A stretch of 37,737 nucleotides of DNA from Eubacteriales bacterium (GTDB lineage Bacteria; Bacillota; Clostridia; Oscillospirales; CAG-272). The stretch lies in NCBI GenBank assembly GCA_045595265.1, contig JAZOAA010000023.1, positions 1-37,737 on the forward strand, read 5' to 3'. Positions 26,927 to 33,707 of this stretch are shown here, piece after piece. Under the pieces are notes generated by a model. That model was not told where the DNA came from. It worked only from the letters and a program-made list of their open reading frames with translations, and made no database searches. A program made the position numbers and the translations under genes. The number at the start of each line of letters is the position of its first letter. The stretch's first letter is position 1.

Positions 26927-26943
26927 GAGTTATATTTTAACTC
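26927..26943. promoter_or_regulatory. Palindrome GAGTTA-n5-TAACTC (candidate operator) in the peptide-gene 5' UTR
   Basis: Perfect 6+6 inverted repeat between the -10 element and the RBS of the peptide gene. It shares the AGTTA/TAACT half-site with the repeat at 26967-26994. Confidence 0.45.
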
Positions 26944-26952
26944 AGCGAGAAT

Positions 26953-26981
26953 ATTATATACCCTTTTTAACTGTTTGTCAA
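26953..26981 (-). promoter_or_regulatory. Promoter of the peptide/maturase operon
   Basis: Minus strand: TTGACA (26976-26981), 17 nt spacer, TATAAT (26953-26958). Confidence 0.7.
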
Positions 26982-27006
26982 TAGTTTTAGTTAAAAATGC
27001 TATAAT
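26967..27006 (+). promoter_or_regulatory. XRE-gene promoter (extended -10) with flanking TTAACT...AGTTAA inverted repeat
   Basis: TGCTATAAT at 26998-27006 with a weak -35 overlapping the opposite promoter's -35. TTAACT (26967-26972) and AGTTAA (26989-26994) bracket both -35 elements. Confidence 0.5.
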
Positions 27007-27042
27007 TAAAATGAACAAAAAAGCATATAAGGGGAAGAAACG

Positions 27043-27315
27043 ATGAATGTTGGTAAGAAAATACGCGATGCAAGAGAAGATATGGATTTATCGCAGCGCG
27101 ATATGGCAAATCTTATTCCCATGAATCAGTCCAATTATTCTAAAATAGAACGTGACATTCAGGAACCTAATATGGACCAGCTCCGCAGGATTTGTCAGAT
27201 ACTCAATATTGATCCCCGATATTTGTTAAATCTGGGGGAGTACTCTTCTGTAACAGATGCTGATATTACTTTGCTCAAGGATATAAAGCGTTTTATAAAA
27301 GAACATAATGTATAA
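27043..27315 (+). CDS. XRE/Cro-C1-family HTH transcriptional regulator
   Basis: 90 aa. IRDAREDMDLSQRDMANLIPMNQSNYSKIERDIQEPNMDQL is a canonical HTH_3 pattern. Divergent from the peptide operon. Confidence 0.85.
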   Translation: MNVGKKIRDAREDMDLSQRDMANLIPMNQSNYSKIERDIQEPNMDQLRRICQILNIDPRYLLNLGEYSSVTDADITLLKDIKRFIKEHNV

Positions 27316-27316
27316 T

Positions 27317-27346
27317 AAAAACGCAGCGTATAAACGCTGCGTTTTT
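27317..27346. terminator. Bidirectional terminator between the XRE gene and rsmA
   Basis: AAAAACGCAGCG-tataaa-CGCTGCGTTTTT; perfect stem with A/T tracts on both sides. Confidence 0.85.
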
Positions 27347-27347
27347 A

Positions 27348-28205
27348 TTAGTTTTCAGACAAATAATTTGCAAGATTTGCAAAATCCTCGGTCGATAGGC
27401 GCTCTCCTCTGACCTTCTCGTCCTTACCGATAGCGACAATAGCTTCGGTAATCTGTTCTTTAGAGTAAACGGGGAGCTTTGCAGAAATAGCGTTCTGGAG
27501 AGTTTTTCTTCTCATCTCAAACGCGGCTTTAATAAGGTTGAAGAAGAGCTTTTCATCCTTTATTTCAAACGGCGGCTTATCATATAGGTCTATACGAACA
27601 ACGGCGCTGTCCACCTTTGGTGCAGGTACGAAGCACCCCGCCGAAACCTTAAAGAGTCTGCGCACGCTTCCGTAATAACCCAGAACGGCGGTTATTGCGC
27701 CGTAATCCGCGCTTCCCTCCTTCGCCGCGAGTCGAGTGGCAACCTCGTTCTGTACCATTACCGTGATGGACGAAAGCTTTACGTCCGACTCTAGAAGCCG
27801 CATAAGTATCGGAGTTGTGATATAATAAGGAAGATTTGCGCAAACGGATACGGGCATACCTTCAGAATACTCATCTATCAGCGCGCGAAGATCGACCTTC
27901 ATAATATCGTCATTAATGATTGTGATATTGTCAAAATCGGCAAGAGTTTTCGAAAGTACGGGAATAAGTCCGCGATCTATCTCAACTGCTACTACCTTCT
28001 TGTACCTCATTGCCAGCTCTTGTGTAAGGCAGCCAATGCCGGGACCGATCTCGAGGATCATTCTATCCTCTGTATCGGCGCAGTTATCAGCTATCTGCTC
28101 GGGTATCATTCTGTTAATAAGAAAGTTCTGACCAAATTCCTTGCGGAATGTGATTCCTGCATCGGCCATTACCGATTTTATTACAGATAGATTACATAAG
28201 TCCAT
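27348..28205 (-). CDS. rsmA: 16S rRNA (adenine1518/1519-N6)-dimethyltransferase RsmA/KsgA
   Basis: FGQNFL, EIGPGIGCLT SAM motif and NLPYYITTPI. ATG 28205 follows GAGGGAA. Confidence 0.94.
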   Translation of the reverse strand: MDLCNLSVIKSVMADAGITFRKEFGQNFLINRMIPEQIADNCADTEDRMILEIGPGIGCLTQELAMRYKKVVAVEIDRGLIPVLSKTLADFDNITIINDDIMKVDLRALIDEYSEGMPVSVCANLPYYITTPILMRLLESDVKLSSITVMVQNEVATRLAAKEGSADYGAITAVLGYYGSVRRLFKVSAGCFVPAPKVDSAVVRIDLYDKPPFEIKDEKLFFNLIKAAFEMRRKTLQNAISAKLPVYSKEQITEAIVAIGKDEKVRGERLSTEDFANLANYLSEN

Positions 28206-28232
28206 AATTCCCTCAAAAATCAACATAGAGTT

Positions 28233-28260
28233 AAAAGAGCACCTCGTAACGAAGTGCTCT
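28233..28260 (-). terminator. Weak hairpin/terminator downstream of tRNA-Thr
   Basis: Minus-strand 11-bp stem AGAGCACUUCG-uua-CGAGGUGCUCU (one G-U pair) followed by only UUUUAA. It lies 28 nt upstream of the rsmA start. Confidence 0.5.
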
Positions 28261-28262
28261 TC

Positions 28263-28338
28263 TGGAGCTGATGAGGGGACTTGAACCCCTGACCTGTTGA
28301 TTACGAATCAACTGCTCTACCAACTGAGCCACATCAGC
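28263..28338 (-). tRNA. tRNA-Thr (anticodon CGU), CCA encoded
   Basis: GCTGATGTGGCTCAGTTGGTAGAGCAGTTGATTCGTAATCAACAGGTCAGGGGTTCAAGTCCCCTCATCAGCTCCA folds by hand into a full cloverleaf: 7-bp acceptor, GCTC/GAGC D stem, GTTGA/TCAAC anticodon stem with loop TTCGTAA, and AGGGG/CCCCT T stem with a TTCAAGT loop. Confidence 0.93.
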
Positions 28339-28352
28339 GTTTTTACTTATAT

Positions 28353-28381
28353 ATTCTACCACTTTTATGTACGTTTGTCAA
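28353..28381 (-). promoter_or_regulatory. Promoter of tRNA-Thr (and probably rsmA)
   Basis: Minus strand: TTGACA (28376-28381), 17 nt spacer, TAGAAT (28353-28358), about 14 nt before the tRNA 5' end. Confidence 0.7.
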
Positions 28382-28458
28382 GAGCATTATTAAAAATATA
28401 TTGGTAAAATGATAATATAGCATTGGGGCCGAGCCATTTAATGACTCAGCCCTTACTA

Positions 28459-29067
28459 TTATCTACCGATAAACATCTGTGTCCAGTAATTTTCATCGGC
28501 AACGTACCCTACGCCGATATGCGTGAATGACGAATTAAGTATATTTGCTCTGTGGCCTGATGAATTCATCCAGGCATTTACAACGGCGGCAGGTGTTTTT
28601 TGTCCTCTTGCAATATTCTCGCCAGCCGTACGGTAAGATATTCCAAAGCTCTTCATCATATTAAACGGCGAACCATAGGTAGGACTTGTGTGTGAAAAAT
28701 ATGAATTATCCTTCATGTCCTGTGACTTATATCTCGCGACCCTGGAGAGCTGCCAATCCTGCTCAAGTGCCTTAAGTCCTCTGCTCGTTCTTTCTACGTT
28801 TACAAGTCTTACAACCTCTTTTTCATAGCTTGTAACGCTACCGTCGACGGTTGGAATGTTGATAACATCGCCCGGATATATAAGTGCGGTGTTCTTTATC
28901 TGTGGGTTTGCCGAGGCAAGTTCAGAGAGGCCTACCTGATAGGTTACGGCTATTTTCCACATTGTATCGCCTTTTTTCACCGTATGAGTTGTAGCAGCCG
29001 AGGAAGTAACTGAAAATACAGTCACAAATGATAAGCAAATTAAAAACGTGCTGATGATTTTTTTCAT
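28459..29067 (-). CDS. Secreted LysM-domain plus CAP/SCP (YkwD-like) domain protein
   Basis: Signal peptide MKKIISTFLICLSFVTVFSVTSSA, LysM (HTVKKGDTMWKIAVTYQVGLSELASANPQI..IYPGDVINIP), and a CAP domain (VNVERTSRGLKAL...FSHTSP...GENIA...WMNSSGHRANIL). Confidence 0.85.
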   Translation of the reverse strand: MKKIISTFLICLSFVTVFSVTSSAATTHTVKKGDTMWKIAVTYQVGLSELASANPQIKNTALIYPGDVINIPTVDGSVTSYEKEVVRLVNVERTSRGLKALEQDWQLSRVARYKSQDMKDNSYFSHTSPTYGSPFNMMKSFGISYRTAGENIARGQKTPAAVVNAWMNSSGHRANILNSSFTHIGVGYVADENYWTQMFIGR

Positions 29068-29186
29068 AAACGTAATAATTCCTTTCCTTTATTTTGGGAC
29101 GTCTCCCTAAAACTGTAAAATCACCTCCTATATACAAAAATCTCTTGTACTATCCAAAGGTAGCAAAAGCATCCTTTGCGTAATAC

Positions 29187-29215
29187 ATTATACCATATTT
29201 GGTTAAGAAAGTCAA
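29187..29215 (-). promoter_or_regulatory. Promoter of the LysM-CAP gene
   Basis: Minus strand: TTGACT (29210-29215), 17 nt spacer, TATAAT (29187-29192). This leaves a 5' UTR of about 110 nt. Confidence 0.65.
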
Positions 29216-29260
29216 ATGCACTTTATGCCTAAAATGTAAAATACAGGGTATATTACAAGG

Positions 29261-29293
29261 CAGAAAAAGAGCTGCCGGTTTCAGCAGCTCTTT
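29261..29293 (-). terminator. Intrinsic terminator ending the mutS2-hypothetical-hydrolase transcript
   Basis: Minus strand AAGAGCTGC-tgaaaccg-GCAGCTCTT followed by TTTCTG. Confidence 0.75.
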
Positions 29294-29296
29294 TAG

Positions 29297-30016
29297 TTAA
29301 AAGGTATCAATAATATCGCAGATAATTTTAACGTCCTTATGTCCGTGAGGGTGATGCTTACGCTCAGGATCAATAAACACGGAGATTTCTCCGCCGTATT
29401 TATTGTAATATCTTTCAAGATTTTCACCGTTTTCCGAATAAGGAACAACCTCGTCGGAGCCTCCCGCTACAAGAACTATCGGAATCTTGTGCTCCAATAA
29501 CACGTTCATCTTATCAATCGGATTATCTCTGTAAGACAGCATTTCGCTGATTGTTCGACCTGTTACCGAATAATATTCATCGTACAAAGACACCTCACTC
29601 TTTCCAAGAGCGCATGGACAACTCAAAAGATTCATTACGGGAGCATCCAGGTACATGCCTCTGACAAGCTCGGGATAAAGTGCTGCGAGCTTCACTGCAT
29701 AAAGTCCACCGCAGCTCATACCAATAAGCACACATCGCTTATCCAGCCCGAATTTTTCGGAAACAAACTTCACAAATTCGCCCTTTGTTTTCAAATCAGA
29801 CTCCTCTGCCCAGCGGTTTTCATTCTCGTTGTATGCGATGTGGTATCCCCTTTTAAGAAGCTCAAGCTCTGTTTCGGGAAAGTGACCAAAATATTCTGTT
29901 TTTAATGCCCATTTGCCGTTTGAAGCTGTATCGGGCTTGACTAATTTAGCACTCCGCCCCATAAACGAAAATTCAAGACATTCATAGCCATGAAAAACAG
30001 TAGTTTGAAAATTCAT
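29297..30016 (-). CDS. Alpha/beta-fold hydrolase (esterase-like)
   Basis: 239 aa. GMSCGG nucleophile elbow (GxSxG), GGSDEVV acid and a C-terminal HHPHGH. ATGA overlap with the upstream ORF. Confidence 0.72.
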   Translation of the reverse strand: MNFQTTVFHGYECLEFSFMGRSAKLVKPDTASNGKWALKTEYFGHFPETELELLKRGYHIAYNENENRWAEESDLKTKGEFVKFVSEKFGLDKRCVLIGMSCGGLYAVKLAALYPELVRGMYLDAPVMNLLSCPCALGKSEVSLYDEYYSVTGRTISEMLSYRDNPIDKMNVLLEHKIPIVLVAGGSDEVVPYSENGENLERYYNKYGGEISVFIDPERKHHPHGHKDVKIICDIIDTF

Positions 30017-30504
30017 ATTCTTGACTCCCTGTTTTCAATTTCTGATTTATACGTAATTTTCAATGCGCGGAATATATACCGTTTTATAATCGGTTGCTTT
30101 GAAAACTCATTCTTGAACATTATAAGGTCAAATAAAACCAGAAAAATCGCCGTCAAAGGAATACCACCCACGATAATTGCCTGGCATATTATAATAGCCA
30201 ACCAAGCCAAAATAATCGTGTGATAAATCGGTGCTGTTAATATAAGACCGCGAAGGGCTGTAGTATTATTTTTTTGAGTAAGAGTACCTATAAAATAAGT
30301 ACCTTCAAGAAACGCATTATCTTTAGTAGGAAGCTCGGTCATCTCGCACTTGATCTTCAAGAGCTTTCCTTTTGATTTTATATGCATTTTAGGCTTTCCT
30401 TTAGATGTATCGTAGGCTTCTTCTGCTACTACGCGGTCATTATCTTTGATATTGAAAAGCACCTTATCCTTATCAGAATCAATGGTATAATTAACTAAAA
30501 GCAT
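30013..30504 (-). CDS. Hypothetical membrane protein (N-terminal soluble domain plus 2 TM helices)
   Basis: 163 aa. Hydrophobic stretches APIYHTIILAWLAIIICQAIIV and GIPLTAIFLVLFDLIMF. Starts 3 nt after the mutS2 stop. No family recognised. Confidence 0.55.
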   Translation of the reverse strand: MLLVNYTIDSDKDKVLFNIKDNDRVVAEEAYDTSKGKPKMHIKSKGKLLKIKCEMTELPTKDNAFLEGTYFIGTLTQKNNTTALRGLILTAPIYHTIILAWLAIIICQAIIVGGIPLTAIFLVLFDLIMFKNEFSKQPIIKRYIFRALKITYKSEIENRESRI

Positions 30505-30507
30505 ACT

Positions 30508-32904
30508 TTATCCGAGTGTTAAAACGGTAACACCCGCATCTCCTTCGCCATATTCTCCGTGACGGTAAGACTTAATTCGCCTATCAGACTTGAAATATTT
30601 CCAAAGTGCAGCTCGAAGCGCACCCGTACCCTTACCGTGAATTATTCTGACTGTGGGAATATTCATAAGCACGGCATCATCAATATACTTATCAACAACA
30701 AACCACGCATCGTCGCCTATCATTCCCCTTACGTCAATTTCGGGCTTGAACGAAGAGTTGACAGTCTTTTTGACCTTGCCTTCATTAACCTTGGGCGTTT
30801 CTCTTGAAACGTATTTTATACCGTCAACTATTAAACGTATCTTGTCCTCTGTCACCTTGGTTTTGAGAATACCTGAGGTAACAGATATTTGCCCCTTCTT
30901 ATCAGCTAGAGCTGTGACAACGCCCTCTTTTGATATAGTGGTTAGAAAGACCTTATCCCCTACCTTGAGGGGTCTTGGAAGCTTATAGTCCTCATCAAGA
31001 GATATATCTTTAATAGATATGCCCTCCATAAGACTCTCGCTCTCACGAAATCTTTTACGCATTTCTTCTCTTGCGTAATTCATCATTTCGTTGCGACGAT
31101 CCTTATCCTCTTGTTTTTTCAACTCTTCAAGCTGACGGAATATAAACTCGCTCGATGCTCTCGCACTGTCCAAAATCTGCCTTGCTTTAAGGGTCTGTTT
31201 TTGAATTTCATCCTCACTTTTTGCAATTTTCTCTTTAAGCTCGGCTTCAGCCTTCGCCTTAAAAGCTTCGTATTCAGAGCGCATTTGTTCGGCTCTATCG
31301 CGTTCCTTTTCCATCTCAATACGGTTTGTATCAAGACGTTCTATAACGTCTTCAAAACGCTTATTATCGCGTTCTATAAGTTTTTTTGCTCTATCTATTA
31401 TCTGCTCTGAAATGCCAAGTCTCTCGGAAATTGCAAATGCATTAGATTTTCCGGGTGTGCCAACCACGAGCTTATATGTCGGTCTTAACGTTTCAACATC
31501 AAATTCGCAAGATGCATTCTGTACCCCTTCTGTCTCAAGCGCATACACCTTAAGCTCGGAATAGTGAGTAGTTGCCGCCGAAAGCGCTCCGTTTTCCTTC
31601 GTACGCTCGAGAATCGCTGTTGCGAGCGCGGCACCCTCAATGGGATCCGTACCCGAGCCAAGCTCATCAAACAGCACTAGTGAGCCGTTCCCTACGCGCT
31701 TCAAAATATCCGCCACGTTGACCATATGAGATGAAAAGGTAGAGAGAGATGCCTCAATGCTCTGTTCATCGCCTATATCAACAAGTATCTCCGAAAAAAT
31801 ACCCATGACGGAGCCTTCGCTTGCGGGTATTTGCAGCCCCGATTGCGTCATAAGCGCAAAAAGTCCCATTGTCTTAAGGGTTACGGTTTTTCCGCCGGTG
31901 TTTGGACCTGTAATTACCAGCGTTTTATATCCATCGCCAAGAGAAACGTCTATCGGTACAACCTTATCGCGCGAAATAAGCGGATGACGCGCGCGTTTTA
32001 GGCTGATCAAGGGATAGCTTACGATACTAGGCTTCTCCGCTTTCATATTGTTTGCAAGAGTTGCCACGGCAAAATAAAAGGCGATGTCTGTAATATTATG
32101 ATAATTCAAGCTTATTGCAGATGATGCCTCCGCACACTCCGCTGACAAAGCGGATAAAATCCTGTCAATTTCGTGCTCCTCTGCTGCGTTCAGCTCTCTT
32201 AACTCATTATTAGCTTGAACGATAGACATTGGCTCAACGAAAAGAGTCGCGCCGGAGCTTGAGGTGTCGTGTACAAGACCGGATAATTCGTTTCTATACT
32301 CGCTCTTTACCGGAACTACGTATCTGCCGTTACGCATGGTTACGATGTTTTCCTGCAAATACTTAAGTCTGACACCGCCCATAAAGCTTTGAAGAGTGTC
32401 CTTGATTTTATTGTTAGTATTTTTAATCTTCCGTCTTATTTCGGCAAGCTCGGGGCTCGCCTCATCAGCGATCATATCCTCCGATAATATAGTCCGCGAT
32501 ATTTTATTCTCGAGCGGTCTATTCTCTATAAGACGTGAAAAAACAGGGTCGAGTGAGGTAGAAAACGGCTTGTCCGTGCTGATGTAATCAGAAAGCGCTC
32601 TGGCGGATCTGAAGAGCGAGGCAATTTCTAAAAGCTCAACCGGTGAAAGCTGTGCGCCCTTATACGCGCGGTCTGCCGAAGAACAAACTCTCTCCCCCGC
32701 AGAAAAGGAAGGATATCCTTTTGCATTTATCAGCCTTTTCGCATCGTCAGCTTTTAGTTGCCTTTCAAGCACCAGATCGTAATCGTCCGACGGAACAAGT
32801 GTACGCGCTCTTGCCTTTGCGCCTTCGGTGGCTGCACAGTCAACAAGCATGTCTATTATTTTATCGAACTCAAGAGTTCTTAACGTTTTTTCAGAAAAAT
32901 GCAT
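30508..32904 (-). CDS. mutS2: Endonuclease MutS2
   Basis: 798 aa. MutS ATPase block ITGPNTGGKTVTLKT...DELGSGTDP, a long coiled region, and a C-terminal Smr domain (DVRGM...IHGKGTGALR). Confidence 0.95.
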   Translation of the reverse strand: MHFSEKTLRTLEFDKIIDMLVDCAATEGAKARARTLVPSDDYDLVLERQLKADDAKRLINAKGYPSFSAGERVCSSADRAYKGAQLSPVELLEIASLFRSARALSDYISTDKPFSTSLDPVFSRLIENRPLENKISRTILSEDMIADEASPELAEIRRKIKNTNNKIKDTLQSFMGGVRLKYLQENIVTMRNGRYVVPVKSEYRNELSGLVHDTSSSGATLFVEPMSIVQANNELRELNAAEEHEIDRILSALSAECAEASSAISLNYHNITDIAFYFAVATLANNMKAEKPSIVSYPLISLKRARHPLISRDKVVPIDVSLGDGYKTLVITGPNTGGKTVTLKTMGLFALMTQSGLQIPASEGSVMGIFSEILVDIGDEQSIEASLSTFSSHMVNVADILKRVGNGSLVLFDELGSGTDPIEGAALATAILERTKENGALSAATTHYSELKVYALETEGVQNASCEFDVETLRPTYKLVVGTPGKSNAFAISERLGISEQIIDRAKKLIERDNKRFEDVIERLDTNRIEMEKERDRAEQMRSEYEAFKAKAEAELKEKIAKSEDEIQKQTLKARQILDSARASSEFIFRQLEELKKQEDKDRRNEMMNYAREEMRKRFRESESLMEGISIKDISLDEDYKLPRPLKVGDKVFLTTISKEGVVTALADKKGQISVTSGILKTKVTEDKIRLIVDGIKYVSRETPKVNEGKVKKTVNSSFKPEIDVRGMIGDDAWFVVDKYIDDAVLMNIPTVRIIHGKGTGALRAALWKYFKSDRRIKSYRHGEYGEGDAGVTVLTLG

Positions 32905-32930
32905 TACTTTTCCTCATCCTTTGGCAAAAT

Positions 32931-33707
32931 TCAGCGCTCAACATCCTTATAAAAATCTAACGACTTATATGAGTGTCCTATCTGGTTTAATAAATATTCT
33001 TCCGCGGCTCTCGAGAAAAGACGCATATCATCGTCCGAGAGGTTAAAGGAAAAAACCTTCTCAAGAGGAGAATATATTGAGTATCCCATTGCATCTTTAG
33101 CTCCGGGAGAAAGAATAGTTATTATTTTCGATTCATGCGGATCTTCAGGGATAGCGCGCTCGAGTATGGCTTTATCCCGACAGTCACGGCATTCTATAAC
33201 ACCGCCCATTATGTCAAAGAAGAAATCGCCTTCCTTACCGTGACATTTATGGCATGATATAACATCAGGCATAAATCCGATTATAGATGCTGTTCGAATT
33301 TCAAAAACCGCCTTTATTTTGCTTAACGAATACTTACCCTTTGCAATAGCGTAAAGAGTGTTCAGCGAAAGGCGTAAAAGATCCGACTCGGCTTCCTCAA
33401 CCGCAACGTCCGACAACACCTCAGCAACGTAATTCGAAAGCGCAAGGCCTTCTATCGTTTTTCGTATATCAAAGAAGCTTTCGATAAGCTCCGCTTCCTT
33501 TATCCAAAGCTTATCGCCCTGCTGATAAATAACGTAATTACCGTAGCAAAACTGCATAGTAGCGGCAAGCTTGCGGCTTTTTAAGGATCTGGCACCTCTT
33601 GCAAGGGCGCTTATCGCTCCTCTCTCTTCGGTAAATATGGTAACGAGTCTGTCTGTTTCCTTAATATCAACAGTCCTTATAACAAGGCCACGAACCTCAA
33701 AAAGCAT
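32931..33707 (-). CDS. recO: DNA repair protein RecO
   Basis: 258 aa. N-terminal OB fold MLFEVRGLVIRTVDIKETDRLVTIFTEERG and a CHKC...CRDC zinc motif; located after era. Confidence 0.9.
   Translation of the reverse strand: MLFEVRGLVIRTVDIKETDRLVTIFTEERGAISALARGARSLKSRKLAATMQFCYGNYVIYQQGDKLWIKEAELIESFFDIRKTIEGLALSNYVAEVLSDVAVEEAESDLLRLSLNTLYAIAKGKYSLSKIKAVFEIRTASIIGFMPDVISCHKCHGKEGDFFFDIMGGVIECRDCRDKAILERAIPEDPHESKIITILSPGAKDAMGYSIYSPLEKVFSFNLSDDDMRLFSRAAEEYLLNQIGHSYKSLDFYKDVER

Noticed and set aside
28400-28458. Hairpin GGGCTGAG...CTCGGCCC downstream of the LysM-CAP gene as a terminator
   Set aside because: The stem is acceptable, but no U-tract follows it on the minus strand. It is left uncalled.
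28922-29137. 71-aa minus-strand ORF starting at a TTG in the LysM-CAP 5' UTR
   Set aside because: It is out of frame with, and overlaps, the signal-peptide-bearing LysM-CAP CDS. The nearby AGGAGG lies after its proposed start codon, not upstream of it.
29068-29186. c-di-GMP-I (GEMM-I) or c-di-AMP riboswitch upstream of the LysM-CAP gene
   Set aside because: Only a short ACGCAAAGG string resembles GEMM-I. The paired-hairpin tetraloop/receptor architecture and the other conserved blocks are absent, and the UTR is too short for ydaO.
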